Shown here: positions 1-9,729 of the stretch, piece by piece | Layout: the number at the start of each line of letters is the position of its first letter | Position numbering within the stretch: the stretch's first letter is position 1 | DNA from: Candidatus Babeliales bacterium | Lineage (GTDB): Bacteria > Babelota > Babeliae > Babelales > JANWKD01 | Assembly (NCBI GenBank): GCA_963722075.1 | Contig: CAVRJM010000001.1 | Span: forward strand, 32,001-96,000 | Direction: 5' to 3' | Length of the DNA: 64,000 nt | The notes under the pieces: model-generated | Seen by the model: the letters and a program-made list of their open reading frames with translations, nothing else | What the model was told of the DNA's origin: nothing | Databases searched by the model: none | Position numbers and translations under genes: made by a program

Positions 1-233
1 ATTCTTTGACCAGATTCCCATGATTGCACAGTCTTAACACTGACGTTAAGCACGCGTGCAAAAATTCCTTGTGAATAATTATGATTCTCTCTGATCTTTT
101 TAATTTCTCTTGCTTTATATTGTTTAGGCGGTTCTGGAAGAATGATATCTTCAGATCGAAGCTCAATTTTGCCTTGCTCATATGCAATAGCATCTTCAAG
201 ACCTGACTTTAATTTTTTAAATAATTTACTCAT
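1..233 (-). CDS. higA: HigA-type XRE/HTH antitoxin (runs off the window edge)
   Basis: Hand translation from ATG 233: MSKLFKKLKSGLEDAIAYEQGK...IKKIRENHNYSQGIFARVLNVSVKTVQSWESGQR; HTH-XRE signature directly downstream of a RelE-family toxin. Confidence 0.85.
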   Translation of the reverse strand, partial: MSKLFKKLKSGLEDAIAYEQGKIELRSEDIILPEPPKQYKAREIKKIRENHNYSQGIFARVLNVSVKTVQSWESGQR

Positions 234-236
234 AAT

Positions 237-581
237 TTAAGCATCACCCTTCAATTTTTTCACTAACGATTTAAGAACATCCTTTTCTTCTTTCGTTAAA
301 TTTTCTTGTTTATTTTTTGCAAATATCCATAGCAAATAGATATGATTTTGATTAACTAAAAAATAATAGCAAACTCTAAACCCGCCACTTTTACCTCGAG
401 AGGCTGATTTTAATCTTACTTTGCGTACTCCACCAGCACCGACAATAATATTACCCAAATCAGGGGATGATGTAAGCGCTGTCTTAAAATCAGTGTAATC
501 TTCAGATAAGAGGCTTCCTTTTTTAAGAAGGCCTTCGATTTCTTTTGTAAATGCTTTAGTTTCTATTATTTTTATTATCAT
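237..581 (-). CDS. higB: RelE/HigB-family toxin
   Basis: PDLGNIIVGAGGVRKVR...RGKSGGFRVCYY...IYLLWIFAKNKQENL motifs; toxin-first order. Confidence 0.88.
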   Translation of the reverse strand: MIIKIIETKAFTKEIEGLLKKGSLLSEDYTDFKTALTSSPDLGNIIVGAGGVRKVRLKSASRGKSGGFRVCYYFLVNQNHIYLLWIFAKNKQENLTKEEKDVLKSLVKKLKGDA

Positions 582-589
582 TTCTTATA

Positions 590-619
590 AGTATACTACA
601 TTGTAGGGTAAAAAAGCAA
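590..619 (-). promoter_or_regulatory. sigma70-like promoter of higBA with operator-like palindrome; probably leaderless mRNA
   Basis: Minus strand TTGCTT-N18-TATACT; near-palindrome CTACAnTGTAG in the spacer; ATG 8 nt after the -10. Confidence 0.55.
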
Positions 620-788
620 TAATTTTTTGGGATCTAGGGCGGCATTAAAATTAAAAGTTTCAAATTGGCTAAATTTGATTTTTTTGATAAATTTTTATAA
701 ACTAATTGATGATTAATTTGTCCGTCTGAAGATGCATAAATTAATCTGTTACATCAAGACTGTTTATATTATTTTAGGAAAATCAAAA

Positions 789-1614
789 ATGTTATCTTAT
801 TCTATTAAAAAAATGATTGCATTAGTATTAATGCTTAGTTCTGTTATTTCATCAAATTCTATGCAGTATGAATCATTAAAAGAGAATTTCTTTTCGATTC
901 TTAAAAATCATCCTATTAAAGTAGGATTTGCTGCGACATTGGGAATTGGAACTATGTCCTATTATTGTTATCGTAATTATCTTATTAATTCTTACAAACA
1001 AGCTCTTTTAAGGCAACAAAAAGATATTCGCGAAATTAAAGAAATTGCTTGCGGGTTATTATATCCGGTTTCTCATGGGGTGCATTAAAACATATAGTGA
1101 TTCCATAGGATATAAAATAGGTTCATGTAATAATATTTTTATTGCTACCTTTCATCCTATAGAACCGAATCTACTAGCTATTGGGGATAAAAATAAGGTA
1201 AAACTCATTGATTTGAAAAATGATACTGTAATACGAGAATTTCATGATCCATTAAATTTTGATTATCTTCCTTCAGCCATCGAATTTGATAAGAAAGGTA
1301 AGAAAATAGCAATCCGCTATGAAGACCAAGAATTATATAAGAACTCTTATCTTTCTTGTTATAAAACAAAATCAGGCAAGCAATTAGGTCATGTTAAGAT
1401 AAATGATAATTGTGGTGTTTGGGGCACTATAATTTTTGATATAACTTCAAAAAATATTATTAGCGGCTTCAACATGGCAGAAAAATTTTATGAAATATAT
1501 ATTGAAAATCCAATTGCCGCTACCATACTTGAAAAATTGGGAACACCCATTTTCCGAAATGACAACAATCAAAGTTTTGGTAGAATTGGAAAATTTCAAA
1601 CTAAAATCAATTAG
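789..1614 (+). pseudogene. Secreted WD40/beta-propeller-like protein split by a frameshift
   Basis: Signal-peptide ORF from ATG 789 and ORF 1045..1614 (FHPIEPNLLAIG, AIEFDKKGKKIA) join if one G is removed from GGGG at 1077-1080. Confidence 0.5.
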
Positions 1615-1682
1615 TTGTTAATGTAAAGAATATATCTTCGATTTGATACACAAACGAAATTTTTTTTTATAAAACATACCCA

Positions 1683-1708
1683 AATTGTCCCACAGCTGTG
1701 GGACAATT
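1683..1708. terminator. Perfect 26-bp palindrome between convergent genes
   Basis: aattgtcccacag|ctgtgggacaatt. Confidence 0.5.
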
Positions 1709-1760
1709 ATTCGAGTGCAATAAATTGTTCAATTGATGTAAAGTCTTGTTTTAGAAAATA

Positions 1761-2120
1761 TTAATTTACTGATTCTTCTTCGACAGGGTTAATAAGATCG
1801 CCCGTTTGTTCGTTATACAATTGCTTATTAACAAAAATCAATTCGCCGCGCAAATCTTTTTCATTATATTGTTTACCATTTAATAGAATGATCAATTGCT
1901 CATTTTCGACTGACGCATCAATATTGAAAGTGGTTTCGCTTTTTATTGATAAATGAGCGCTTTTAAAATTTCTAAAGCCCAATGAAAGGCGACGACCACA
2001 AATACCTGAGAGGCAAACTTTACCATCAGTTACTTTAAAAGGAGATTCTTCAGTTGCTGCTGCTAACGGTAAGGTGGTTAAAAACATGATGCCAAGTAAA
2101 TACGTATTTTTAATGAACAT
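1761..2120 (-). CDS. Hypothetical secreted protein
   Basis: 119 aa, signal peptide ending LPLAAA, SD-like AAGG upstream. Confidence 0.65.
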   Translation of the reverse strand: MFIKNTYLLGIMFLTTLPLAAATEESPFKVTDGKVCLSGICGRRLSLGFRNFKSAHLSIKSETTFNIDASVENEQLIILLNGKQYNEKDLRGELIFVNKQLYNEQTGDLINPVEEESVN

Positions 2121-2165
2121 AGGGGCCTTTCAGTAAAATAAAGCATTGTAATAATGCTTTTAATT

Positions 2166-3311
2166 TTACTGAAGATCACTATATAATTCAATATGCTTTT
2201 GTACCATAATTTCATTATTAAAATCATTTAAATCATCGGCATACTGTTGCATTTTCTTATACAGGTTTTGATTAAGACTTAATTCGATAATGCCGTTTGC
2301 AAGCGACTGCCAATCCCCCTGTTTATATAAAAAGCCATTTTTGCCATGAATAATAACATCATGTATCCCGCCGGTATTATAAGTAAGAATAGGCAACTTT
2401 AAAAGGCGCGCTTCTACAATTGAGCAGGGTAATCCTTCCCATAAAGAAGTAAGAGCAAATGCGTGCCAATTAAGCATAATTTCTGCTACCGATTGTTGCC
2501 AGCCATGCAACGTTATTACCTGATTTAAATTATAAGAAGTAATGAGTTGTTCTATTTGGGGGCGCAATATCCCATCTCCAATAATTTCTAATCGCAGATT
2601 GCTATTATGTTGATAGGCATGCCAGAACGCCTTAATTAAATCCGGAATATTTTTTTGTTTTTTAAAACAGGCAATAGTACCAATAATAAAAAGGTTATGA
2701 TCATGTGTAATGGATAATTTATTGTGTTGCAGTTGATAAAAATGTTGCCAATTAACGGCAGCACGAATAATTGAATATTTTTTTTTAAAAAACGGAAAAA
2801 GAGAAACCCCGGTTTGCACGTCGCTTGATGAAACACATACATAATGCGTGGTAATAAAACTAGTGATAAGTTCTAGAAAATAAATACCCAACCAGATGAT
2901 TTTGGGTTGGAAGGAATGAAAAGCATAGCCATGTACCGTATGAATACGGGTCGGAATGCCGGCAAGAAAAGCTGCCCAGCGACCAACTAAACCAGCTTTA
3001 GTGCTATGCGTATGAACAATAAGGTTTTTATATTTTTTTTTCAATGTTCGTAAATAATAAAACAAAAGAAGAAAACTTTTAATTTCTGCATAAAGATTAT
3101 AAAGTGAGACTTCGCGTTTTAAATTATTTAATAAATAAACGGAGGGATTATGTTGAATGGTAGCTACTAAAGGCCCTTCTGTTCCTGATATAAGGGCAGC
3201 ATTATGGCCTGCTTGTTGTAGCCCTTCAAAGAGTGATAAACATACTTTTTGAGCGCCACCAAGTTCTAATTTAGTAATAATGTATACAACATGAAGCTCC
3301 TTTTTTTTCAT
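2166..3311 (-). CDS. Glycosyltransferase family 4 (GT-B)
   Basis: GGAQK, HTHSTKAG, SLWEGLPCSIVEA (EX7E) motifs; ATG 3311 with GGAG SD. Confidence 0.92.
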   Translation of the reverse strand: MKKKELHVVYIITKLELGGAQKVCLSLFEGLQQAGHNAALISGTEGPLVATIQHNPSVYLLNNLKREVSLYNLYAEIKSFLLLFYYLRTLKKKYKNLIVHTHSTKAGLVGRWAAFLAGIPTRIHTVHGYAFHSFQPKIIWLGIYFLELITSFITTHYVCVSSSDVQTGVSLFPFFKKKYSIIRAAVNWQHFYQLQHNKLSITHDHNLFIIGTIACFKKQKNIPDLIKAFWHAYQHNSNLRLEIIGDGILRPQIEQLITSYNLNQVITLHGWQQSVAEIMLNWHAFALTSLWEGLPCSIVEARLLKLPILTYNTGGIHDVIIHGKNGFLYKQGDWQSLANGIIELSLNQNLYKKMQQYADDLNDFNNEIMVQKHIELYSDLQ

Positions 3312-3356
3312 GCTCCACAATTCCAATTTACGTTAATGAGGATTATTTATATTTAA

Positions 3357-3454
3357 TGGATCCCCATCCGTCTACGTTAAAACTACGCCGGACAGGCACG
3401 CTATTGACGGAATCCGGCGAAGCCTTCGGCGAAGTCGGACGCGCTCGGGATGAC
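3357..3454. repeat. Right arm of a palindromic element with a nested inverted pair of REP-like units
   Basis: tggatcccca...ctcgggatgac as at 32182-32208, interrupted by tccgtctacgttaaaactacgccgga and tccggcgaagccttcggcgaagtcgga. Confidence 0.65.
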
Positions 3455-3471
3455 GGTAGTGTACACCACCG

Positions 3472-4440
3472 TCACTTTAAAATTATAATAAGCAGTGCAA
3501 TAAGTAAAGCGTACATTGCTGCAGCATCTATAATTCCTTGTCCTAAAATACTGGTACGGGAAAGTATAGAATGTTGCTCAGGATGTACGGCAATTTCACG
3601 ACAGGCAGCACCTGCAATAAGACCGGAGCTTATGCCAGGGCCTAAAGTACCCAGTGCTCCGCAGATAGCCGCTGCTAGACAAGAAACGGCACCAAAAAAT
3701 TCATTAGGTGCTTTAATTGGTGTTAATAAGAGTACGATTGAAATAAGGACCGCAAATATAATAGGCGTTTCAATAATTGCTTGGCTGATAAAGGTAAACG
3801 GCATAATGATTTTATAAGCATCTTTATTATACGCAATACTTTCTTGACAAATACGGGCAAAACGCGCGAGTCCAAAGGTGGGTCCTATAGCGCCAAAACC
3901 AATACAAATACCACTGGCAAGTAACCTAATACCATTAGCAAGAGTAGTAACTGATCCTAATTGAGCTTTAATAAAAAGCGCTATTAAAAAACTAAAAATT
4001 ACCGGTGTTTGCACTATTGATTGGGTTATGAGTAAGGCATTTAAAATTTTAGTAGCAAAAAAAGGTTGCCGTGCAAGTGCAAAGGCTGCTTGTTGAGCGG
4101 GCAACGATGATAAAATGCCAACCAGAGCTCCGGAAATGCCCAATGCAAGAGCGATTCCCCATTCTCCAATTGCTACATAGAGTTGCTGTTCTGGTTGTAC
4201 GATTGTTGGCCCCAGTATAAGAAACAGTGCCATGACGATACCTAAAATAGCACTTGTTTCAACTAATGCCAGGCTTATGATAAGTGCTCTAAAAATAGAA
4301 GGGTAACTGAGTGGGGCAATATTAAGTGCACGTACCGCTTGCATACTGGCGTTACCGCCGCCAATACCAATCCCAAGCGAAGTGAGTCCAACAATAAAAG
4401 CAATACTACTATAATGCAATAATGGGTGTAAATCGATCAT
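3472..4440 (-). CDS. atpE: ATP synthase F0 subunit c, four fused hairpins
   Basis: Four Gly-rich helix / loop (e.g. ARQP) / helix units with ET, QT, ET, DA at the ion-binding position; downstream of atpB. Confidence 0.88.
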   Translation of the reverse strand: MIDLHPLLHYSSIAFIVGLTSLGIGIGGGNASMQAVRALNIAPLSYPSIFRALIISLALVETSAILGIVMALFLILGPTIVQPEQQLYVAIGEWGIALALGISGALVGILSSLPAQQAAFALARQPFFATKILNALLITQSIVQTPVIFSFLIALFIKAQLGSVTTLANGIRLLASGICIGFGAIGPTFGLARFARICQESIAYNKDAYKIIMPFTFISQAIIETPIIFAVLISIVLLLTPIKAPNEFFGAVSCLAAAICGALGTLGPGISSGLIAGAACREIAVHPEQHSILSRTSILGQGIIDAAAMYALLIALLIIILK

Positions 4441-5180
4441 TCAAGCCCTCCTTCTTCTGGTGATTGAACTGCAATGGAAAGATAGGTAACCGTTAACATA
4501 GTAAAAACAAATGCTTGAATGAGACCTTCAAAGATAACAAAAAAAGATATAACTAAAAAATTGATACCACTAAAAAGCCCTGCCAGTTGAGTAAATGGAG
4601 AAATAGAAAGTGCATTCATATAAATATTGGTAATAATTGCGCCACCAAAAATATTGCCAAAAAGACGGAAAGAAATTGAAATGATTTTTGAAAAATGGCT
4701 TATTACATTGAGCGGGAACATAATAAAAATTGGATGCAAAAATTCTTGGAGATATGCCTTAAAGCCGTGAATTTTTATGGTATAAAATTCTTTATAAAAA
4801 AAGGAAATGATACCTAAAGCTAATGCAGTATTTATATTTATTGTAGGTTCTTCTATAAAGGGGAGTAATGAAATCCAATTACATAATAAAATGAAGGTGA
4901 AAATTGAGAATACAAATGCAAAATGATGATAGTTAAAGGTACCTAATGATTGGGTAATAAGATCAATAAAAAAAATGATAAATGATTGCGCAACGTAATT
5001 AACAACACTATTTTTATGAATTAAAAACCGGCATATCATTATGAGAACTATTAATACTAATAGTGTGATCCATGTATAGATAATGGTATCGATATTTATT
5101 TGAAGAAAATCAGAATGGAAACCAAAGCGTTCAAAAGGGTTCCAAGCATATTCTGTGCTAAAAAGTTCTAAGCCTTCCAT
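4437..5180 (-). CDS. atpB: ATP synthase F0 subunit a
   Basis: SISFRLFGNIFGG, FEGLIQAFVFTML motifs. Confidence 0.95.
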   Translation of the reverse strand: MEGLELFSTEYAWNPFERFGFHSDFLQINIDTIIYTWITLLVLIVLIMICRFLIHKNSVVNYVAQSFIIFFIDLITQSLGTFNYHHFAFVFSIFTFILLCNWISLLPFIEEPTININTALALGIISFFYKEFYTIKIHGFKAYLQEFLHPIFIMFPLNVISHFSKIISISFRLFGNIFGGAIITNIYMNALSISPFTQLAGLFSGINFLVISFFVIFEGLIQAFVFTMLTVTYLSIAVQSPEEGGLE

Positions 5181-5455
5181 AGCTTTGTATCGCTCTTAAT
5201 TAGAATAGTTATCCATAAGGCTATAAAAAATGATAATAGAATTAGTATATAATTAAGAGACTGATAGCGCAATAGATAAAAAAAAATGAGTGATATACTA
5301 CATACTCTGAGAACCGTATGAGTAAAAACAGCGGTAAAAATAGAAGTTGAAGAAGGTAAAAAGGCATTCCTTTTTGTTCTAAAAAAGGAATGCCCGTATA
5401 GTATACCTATTGTTGATCCAATTATACTAGATGTAATGAGCCAGAATAAGCTCAT
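5168..5455 (-). CDS. ATP synthase protein I-like small membrane protein
   Basis: 95 aa, about 3 TM segments, immediately upstream of atpB. Confidence 0.55.
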   Translation of the reverse strand: MSLFWLITSSIIGSTIGILYGHSFFRTKRNAFLPSSTSIFTAVFTHTVLRVCSISLIFFYLLRYQSLNYILILLSFFIALWITILIKSDTKLWKA

Positions 5456-5464
5456 AGTAATACC

Positions 5465-6904
5465 TTAGCGAGTTGAATCGATTTTTTTAATGCCTTTATG
5501 TTTCCAATATGAAGCAATGATTGATTGTGAACCAGAAATAACCACCAATCCATGGCGTTCATCAACCGATTTTTTAGCGATATCAAATGCTTCTTCAAAG
5601 TTTTTAACTGATTTTGCTTTTATTTTTAAATTTTTTACGTCATTGGTAATCTGCTCTACATCCCATGAGAGTTCGGCAATACCTGGGATTGGAGATTCAA
5701 TAGGACAGAAGATAATTTGACCTGAGTTTTTCTTAGAGAAGTAACGTAATAATCGTAAAAACTCCTCATTGTTCATGTGATTTTTGTCGCAGGCAAAAAT
5801 AAGCGCAAGTCCTTTTAAAGGACGTTGGTAGTGCATTAATCGAATACCTAATAATAGATTTTTTAATGCATCAACGTTACTTGCATTATCAAGAAGAACG
5901 GTTGGTTTTTCTTTATCAAGAATTTGGAAGCGACCTGGTAAGGTGCTTGATTCTTCTTTCCAAAATTGTTCCAGAGTTTTTTGTGGATTTTCTAATGATT
6001 CTTTCTTACGTTGTAAGGTAGGACGGCCACGTTGTCCTTTTGGTTTAGAAAGTAAGCTGTTACTTAAAATGATAGTGCTATCTTTTAAGAATGAATCTAC
6101 ATAGATTTGGCAAATACGTTCAGCTAATGCAGCAGAACGACCAAACATTTGCTCAAAAGGATACGCTAATGGTGCAAGTTTACGAATAGGCATTTCCCAA
6201 ATACCTTTATGAAGCTCAACCTGATCAGCCATTAATTGAAGGTTTAATTTACTTTGATCGCCAGAAATAACATGCATACTTGGTTTAACGCTTGAAAGAA
6301 TATATTTTATATAATCAATGGTTTTTTCATTCTTTGGCGTAATATCTTCATTGGTGATTCGGGTAATTGCAAATACTTTTGGTTGGCATACATTTACCGG
6401 ATCAAATGGGCTATTGTCTTTCATTTCTAATAAGGCAACATCAACATTATTTTGATCAAAATAAAGGATCCCCATCATCGTTAAAATATCAAATGAGGTG
6501 ACTGGTATTTCGTGAGTTTCTGCAACATTGATTACTTCGTTGGCAAGCTCAGTGAACGTTTTATTTGAAATAATTTCATTATTAATAACAAATCGTTCGT
6601 TATAACTTAATAAATGAGGAGAATAAAAAGAACCAACAGTAATTTTTTCTGCTTGGAATAGTTTTGATGCAAAATGGATGGTTAATCCTTTTCCGTTGGT
6701 ACCACCGATTGCAATAGCATTAATTTTTTTTGATGGACTTTTAAGTGCTTGGTCTAATTTATTTATATAAGCAAATGTTTTTGCTGAAGGCTGTTCGTGG
6801 CTCCAATGAGCATCTAAAAAATCTATTATTTCGTTATAATTTTTTTGCTTACCTAACGCGGTAGCAGCTTTTACACTCGTTTCGCGTTTATTTACAATTG
6901 CCAT
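5465..6904 (-). CDS. folC: Divergent FolC/Mur-ligase-family protein (folylpolyglutamate synthase-like)
   Basis: GGTNGKG P-loop, YSPHLLSYNERF, LPGRFQ, LLDNASN, VISGS motifs. Confidence 0.7.
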   Translation of the reverse strand: MAIVNKRETSVKAATALGKQKNYNEIIDFLDAHWSHEQPSAKTFAYINKLDQALKSPSKKINAIAIGGTNGKGLTIHFASKLFQAEKITVGSFYSPHLLSYNERFVINNEIISNKTFTELANEVINVAETHEIPVTSFDILTMMGILYFDQNNVDVALLEMKDNSPFDPVNVCQPKVFAITRITNEDITPKNEKTIDYIKYILSSVKPSMHVISGDQSKLNLQLMADQVELHKGIWEMPIRKLAPLAYPFEQMFGRSAALAERICQIYVDSFLKDSTIILSNSLLSKPKGQRGRPTLQRKKESLENPQKTLEQFWKEESSTLPGRFQILDKEKPTVLLDNASNVDALKNLLLGIRLMHYQRPLKGLALIFACDKNHMNNEEFLRLLRYFSKKNSGQIIFCPIESPIPGIAELSWDVEQITNDVKNLKIKAKSVKNFEEAFDIAKKSVDERHGLVVISGSQSIIASYWKHKGIKKIDSTR

Positions 6905-7120
6905 CTTTTCTCCAAAAATAAATTATAATTGTTTAAAAACCTCGTCATTTATGAATCCATTACCATACTCAGCTTAAACTTTTCTATTTGTATTAATGAT
7001 GTGTTTTTATCACTACATTAATGACATTTCCACTCTTTTAGTATAAAATTTATTATAAAAATGTCAAACATTGAATTATATCTGAAAAAACCTTGATTGT
7101 ATTTACAAAAGATTAAAAAG

Positions 7121-7738
7121 ATGACGTATTTAACTTGGGATAATAAAGGGGATGTAGAACAGTTCATAAGAATCTTGCATGAAGGCAAGGTGGTTGTGGG
7201 TTCTTCTGATACCGTATTAGGATTATATTCTGATAGCACGTATAAGGGCTTTCTTTCGCTTAATGCTATAAAGGCGCGGGGCGATAAACCTTATTTGCTG
7301 CTTATAGACAGTAAAGAAAAGGCTGAATTATTCGTTGATTCAACGTATTTGTTACAAATGGAAAAGTTAATGCATGGCTGTTGGCCGGGGCCGCTAACAA
7401 TAATCTTTCCTGCAAAACCAGCGACGGCATCTTATTTGATGGGTAAGGATGGTACTGTTGCCTTGCGAGTGCCAGCCCATAAGCAGTTATTGTATGTTTT
7501 AAAACATTTTAATGCGCTTTTTTCAACGAGTGCTAATATAAGCGGCGGTGCCGTTCCCAGTACTCTTGCTCAATTAGATCCTGCTATTATGGATGCCACT
7601 GAATACATTATTACCGCAAAGGATCAAATAATTACTCCGACGGTTCCTTCTACCATTATTCAATGGACCGTTGATGGTTTTGTTGTAATAAGAGAAGGCG
7701 CTTATTCTAAACAATTCTTGGAGCAACTCTGTTCATAA
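7121..7738 (+). CDS. tsaC: L-threonylcarbamoyladenylate synthase (Sua5/YrdC/TsaC)
   Basis: DTVLGL, KAR..KP, WPGPLT, VALRVP, STSANISG, PSTII, IREGA. Confidence 0.9.
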   Translation: MTYLTWDNKGDVEQFIRILHEGKVVVGSSDTVLGLYSDSTYKGFLSLNAIKARGDKPYLLLIDSKEKAELFVDSTYLLQMEKLMHGCWPGPLTIIFPAKPATASYLMGKDGTVALRVPAHKQLLYVLKHFNALFSTSANISGGAVPSTLAQLDPAIMDATEYIITAKDQIITPTVPSTIIQWTVDGFVVIREGAYSKQFLEQLCS

Positions 7739-7814
7739 ACGTTAAAGCATTGACTTTTTGATCCTTACTAGCGTTATTATAATTACAGATGCTTTATAGG
7801 GTTAGGGGAAATGT

Positions 7815-8300
7815 ATGAAGCAAACATACAGTGGGTTTACTATGATAGAGCTTATGATAGTAGTGGCTATCATAGGCTTTCTTTCAATGTTGTCGATTCC
7901 AAGTTTTTTACGATTTTTATCAAAAGCAAAACGCGCAGAAGCGTATATGAATTTAGGATCATTATATGTTTCTCAAAAAGCATACTGGGCTGAAAATGGT
8001 ACCTATTCATCTATGCTGCATGGGAAAAATGGCATAGGATGGAAACCGGAAGGTTATTCTGGTGGTGGTGTACAAGAAAAATTCAATTACACCTACGGTT
8101 TTAATCAGGGTCAAGAAGGACAACATTTTTTTACGGGTAAATTAAAAGCGCCACAATCGGCATTAGGTGTCACTAAAGCTGACCAAGAAGGTTTTATTAT
8201 TGCAGCTGCAGCTGATATTGATGGCGATGGCATTTATGATCTATTAACGGTTAATCAAAATAATGATATTCGTGTTATTACTGACGATCTGAGTAATTAA
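7815..8300 (+). CDS. pilA: Type IV major pilin
   Basis: Class III signal G|FTMIELMIVVAIIG; KAKRAEAYMNL. Confidence 0.88.
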   Translation: MKQTYSGFTMIELMIVVAIIGFLSMLSIPSFLRFLSKAKRAEAYMNLGSLYVSQKAYWAENGTYSSMLHGKNGIGWKPEGYSGGGVQEKFNYTYGFNQGQEGQHFFTGKLKAPQSALGVTKADQEGFIIAAAADIDGDGIYDLLTVNQNNDIRVITDDLSN

Positions 8301-8313
8301 TAAAGCGAGAGCT

Positions 8314-9069
8314 TTATGGTAACGAATGAAAAAAGAATGAAGATAATTGTGCCGGGTAAAGACTATACAGTAATGCTCCCAGTGCTAAAAAAGGACCAAA
8401 TGGAATTTTAGCAGAGCGATTTTTATAGAAAAAAATATATATAATTCCATATATAGAACCTATAGCGGAAGCAATAAGAAGTGTTATCCACCATCCCATG
8501 ATTCCTAAAAAAGAACCAATAACCATTAATAATTCAACATCTCCTTGTCCCATTCCTGTTTTTTGAGTGCACCAATAAAATAGTTTATTAATTACATACA
8601 AGAATATAAAGGCAGTTGCGCACCCAGTGATGCTTTGGATGATGGTGATCGGCAATAACTGTAAATAGCTTACTAAAAAACCTACTGGAATTAAAAAAAT
8701 GGTAGTAAAACGCGAAATGAGCATATGTTCTAAATCAGTACGGATAGTAATGATGAGCGCTGAGAAAAAAATAAAGTAGGAAATTTGATACTGATGAGGG
8801 ATAGTTATGAGGAGCGCCATTAATAAAAAAACCGTAAGGGCTTCAATAAAAAAATAGAGCCAACTAATGGGTTGCGCACACCAACGACAGTTACCTTTTA
8901 AAATAAGCCAAGAAAGAAGCGGAATTAAATCATACCAAGCGATGGTTTTATTGCAATGAGGGCAAAATGAACGGAGACGTAATAAGCTATCTTCAGAAAT
9001 TAAGCGATAGGCGAGCATATTAAGGAAAGAACCCCACACCAAAAAAAAAGGAATATAATAGATAATTAT
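8314..9069 (-). CDS. pilD: Prepilin peptidase (A24)
   Basis: GSFLN, SFCPHC, WYDLIPLLSW, CRWC, GMGQGD, IPFGPFL; start either TTG 9042 or ATA 9069. Confidence 0.92.
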   Translation of the reverse strand: MIIYYIPFFLVWGSFLNMLAYRLISEDSLLRLRSFCPHCNKTIAWYDLIPLLSWLILKGNCRWCAQPISWLYFFIEALTVFLLMALLITIPHQYQISYFIFFSALIITIRTDLEHMLISRFTTIFLIPVGFLVSYLQLLPITIIQSITGCATAFIFLYVINKLFYWCTQKTGMGQGDVELLMVIGSFLGIMGWWITLLIASAIGSIYGIIYIFFYKNRSAKIPFGPFLALGALLYSLYPAQLSSFFFHSLP

Positions 9070-9434
9070 AGCTCCCCCTTTTCTTTGAGCGATTCTAATA
9101 ATTTATTGAATTTTTCCTCTTTTTCATATTGCTCATCAAATTTAAAAATTAAATCAGGGGTATAGCGAGACTTAATAGATTTAGCAAGTGCGGTACGCAA
9201 AGACGGTTTATAGAGCTTAAGCGTTTCTAATAGCTCTTTAAATTCCTGCGCCCCGTTTGGCGTATAAAAATAGATAAAACAGGTGCTTTTATCAGAAGAC
9301 AATTTTACGCGACTTATTGCCAAACGAGATAATTGAGGATTATCAGCGGCAGCTTGAAGAAAGAGATACGAGATTTCTCGCATCAAAAGACTTTCTTTTT
9401 GGGCTAATTTTATATTTTTAACACCATTAGGCAT
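9066..9434 (-). CDS. rbfA: Ribosome-binding factor A
   Basis: VKLSSDKS, RYTPDLIFKFD motifs. Confidence 0.9.
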   Translation of the reverse strand: MPNGVKNIKLAQKESLLMREISYLFLQAAADNPQLSRLAISRVKLSSDKSTCFIYFYTPNGAQEFKELLETLKLYKPSLRTALAKSIKSRYTPDLIFKFDEQYEKEEKFNKLLESLKEKGEL

Positions 9435-9438
9435 AAGC

Positions 9439-9651
9439 TTAAACAGATCGTAGGGTGGCCATTCTTATATAATTTTGTTTAATTGCTCGAATGAGGCTTT
9501 TACGGCGTTGTTGGGTAGGCGCTTCATAGTAAACAATACGCTTCATATCGCGCGTAACGCCTTCGCGTTCCATTTTCTTTTTTAGCTGTTTTATAGCACG
9601 CTCTAGGTTATTATTAACCTGAATTTCGATATTAGATTTTCGTTTACTCAT
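9439..9651 (-). CDS. rpsU: 30S ribosomal protein S21
   Basis: NLERAIKQLKKKMEREG...YYEAPTQQRR. Confidence 0.9.
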   Translation of the reverse strand: MSKRKSNIEIQVNNNLERAIKQLKKKMEREGVTRDMKRIVYYEAPTQQRRKSLIRAIKQNYIRMATLRSV

Positions 9652-9729
9652 TGGTTATCATTAGTCCTTTATAAATTATAGGTAATATCCATATTGTAAA
9701 TTCTTTTTTCAACCCTGTCTATAGAATAA

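Noticed and set aside
3356..3817. 153-aa plus-strand ORF
   Set aside because: Made of the palindromic repeat plus the antisense of atpE
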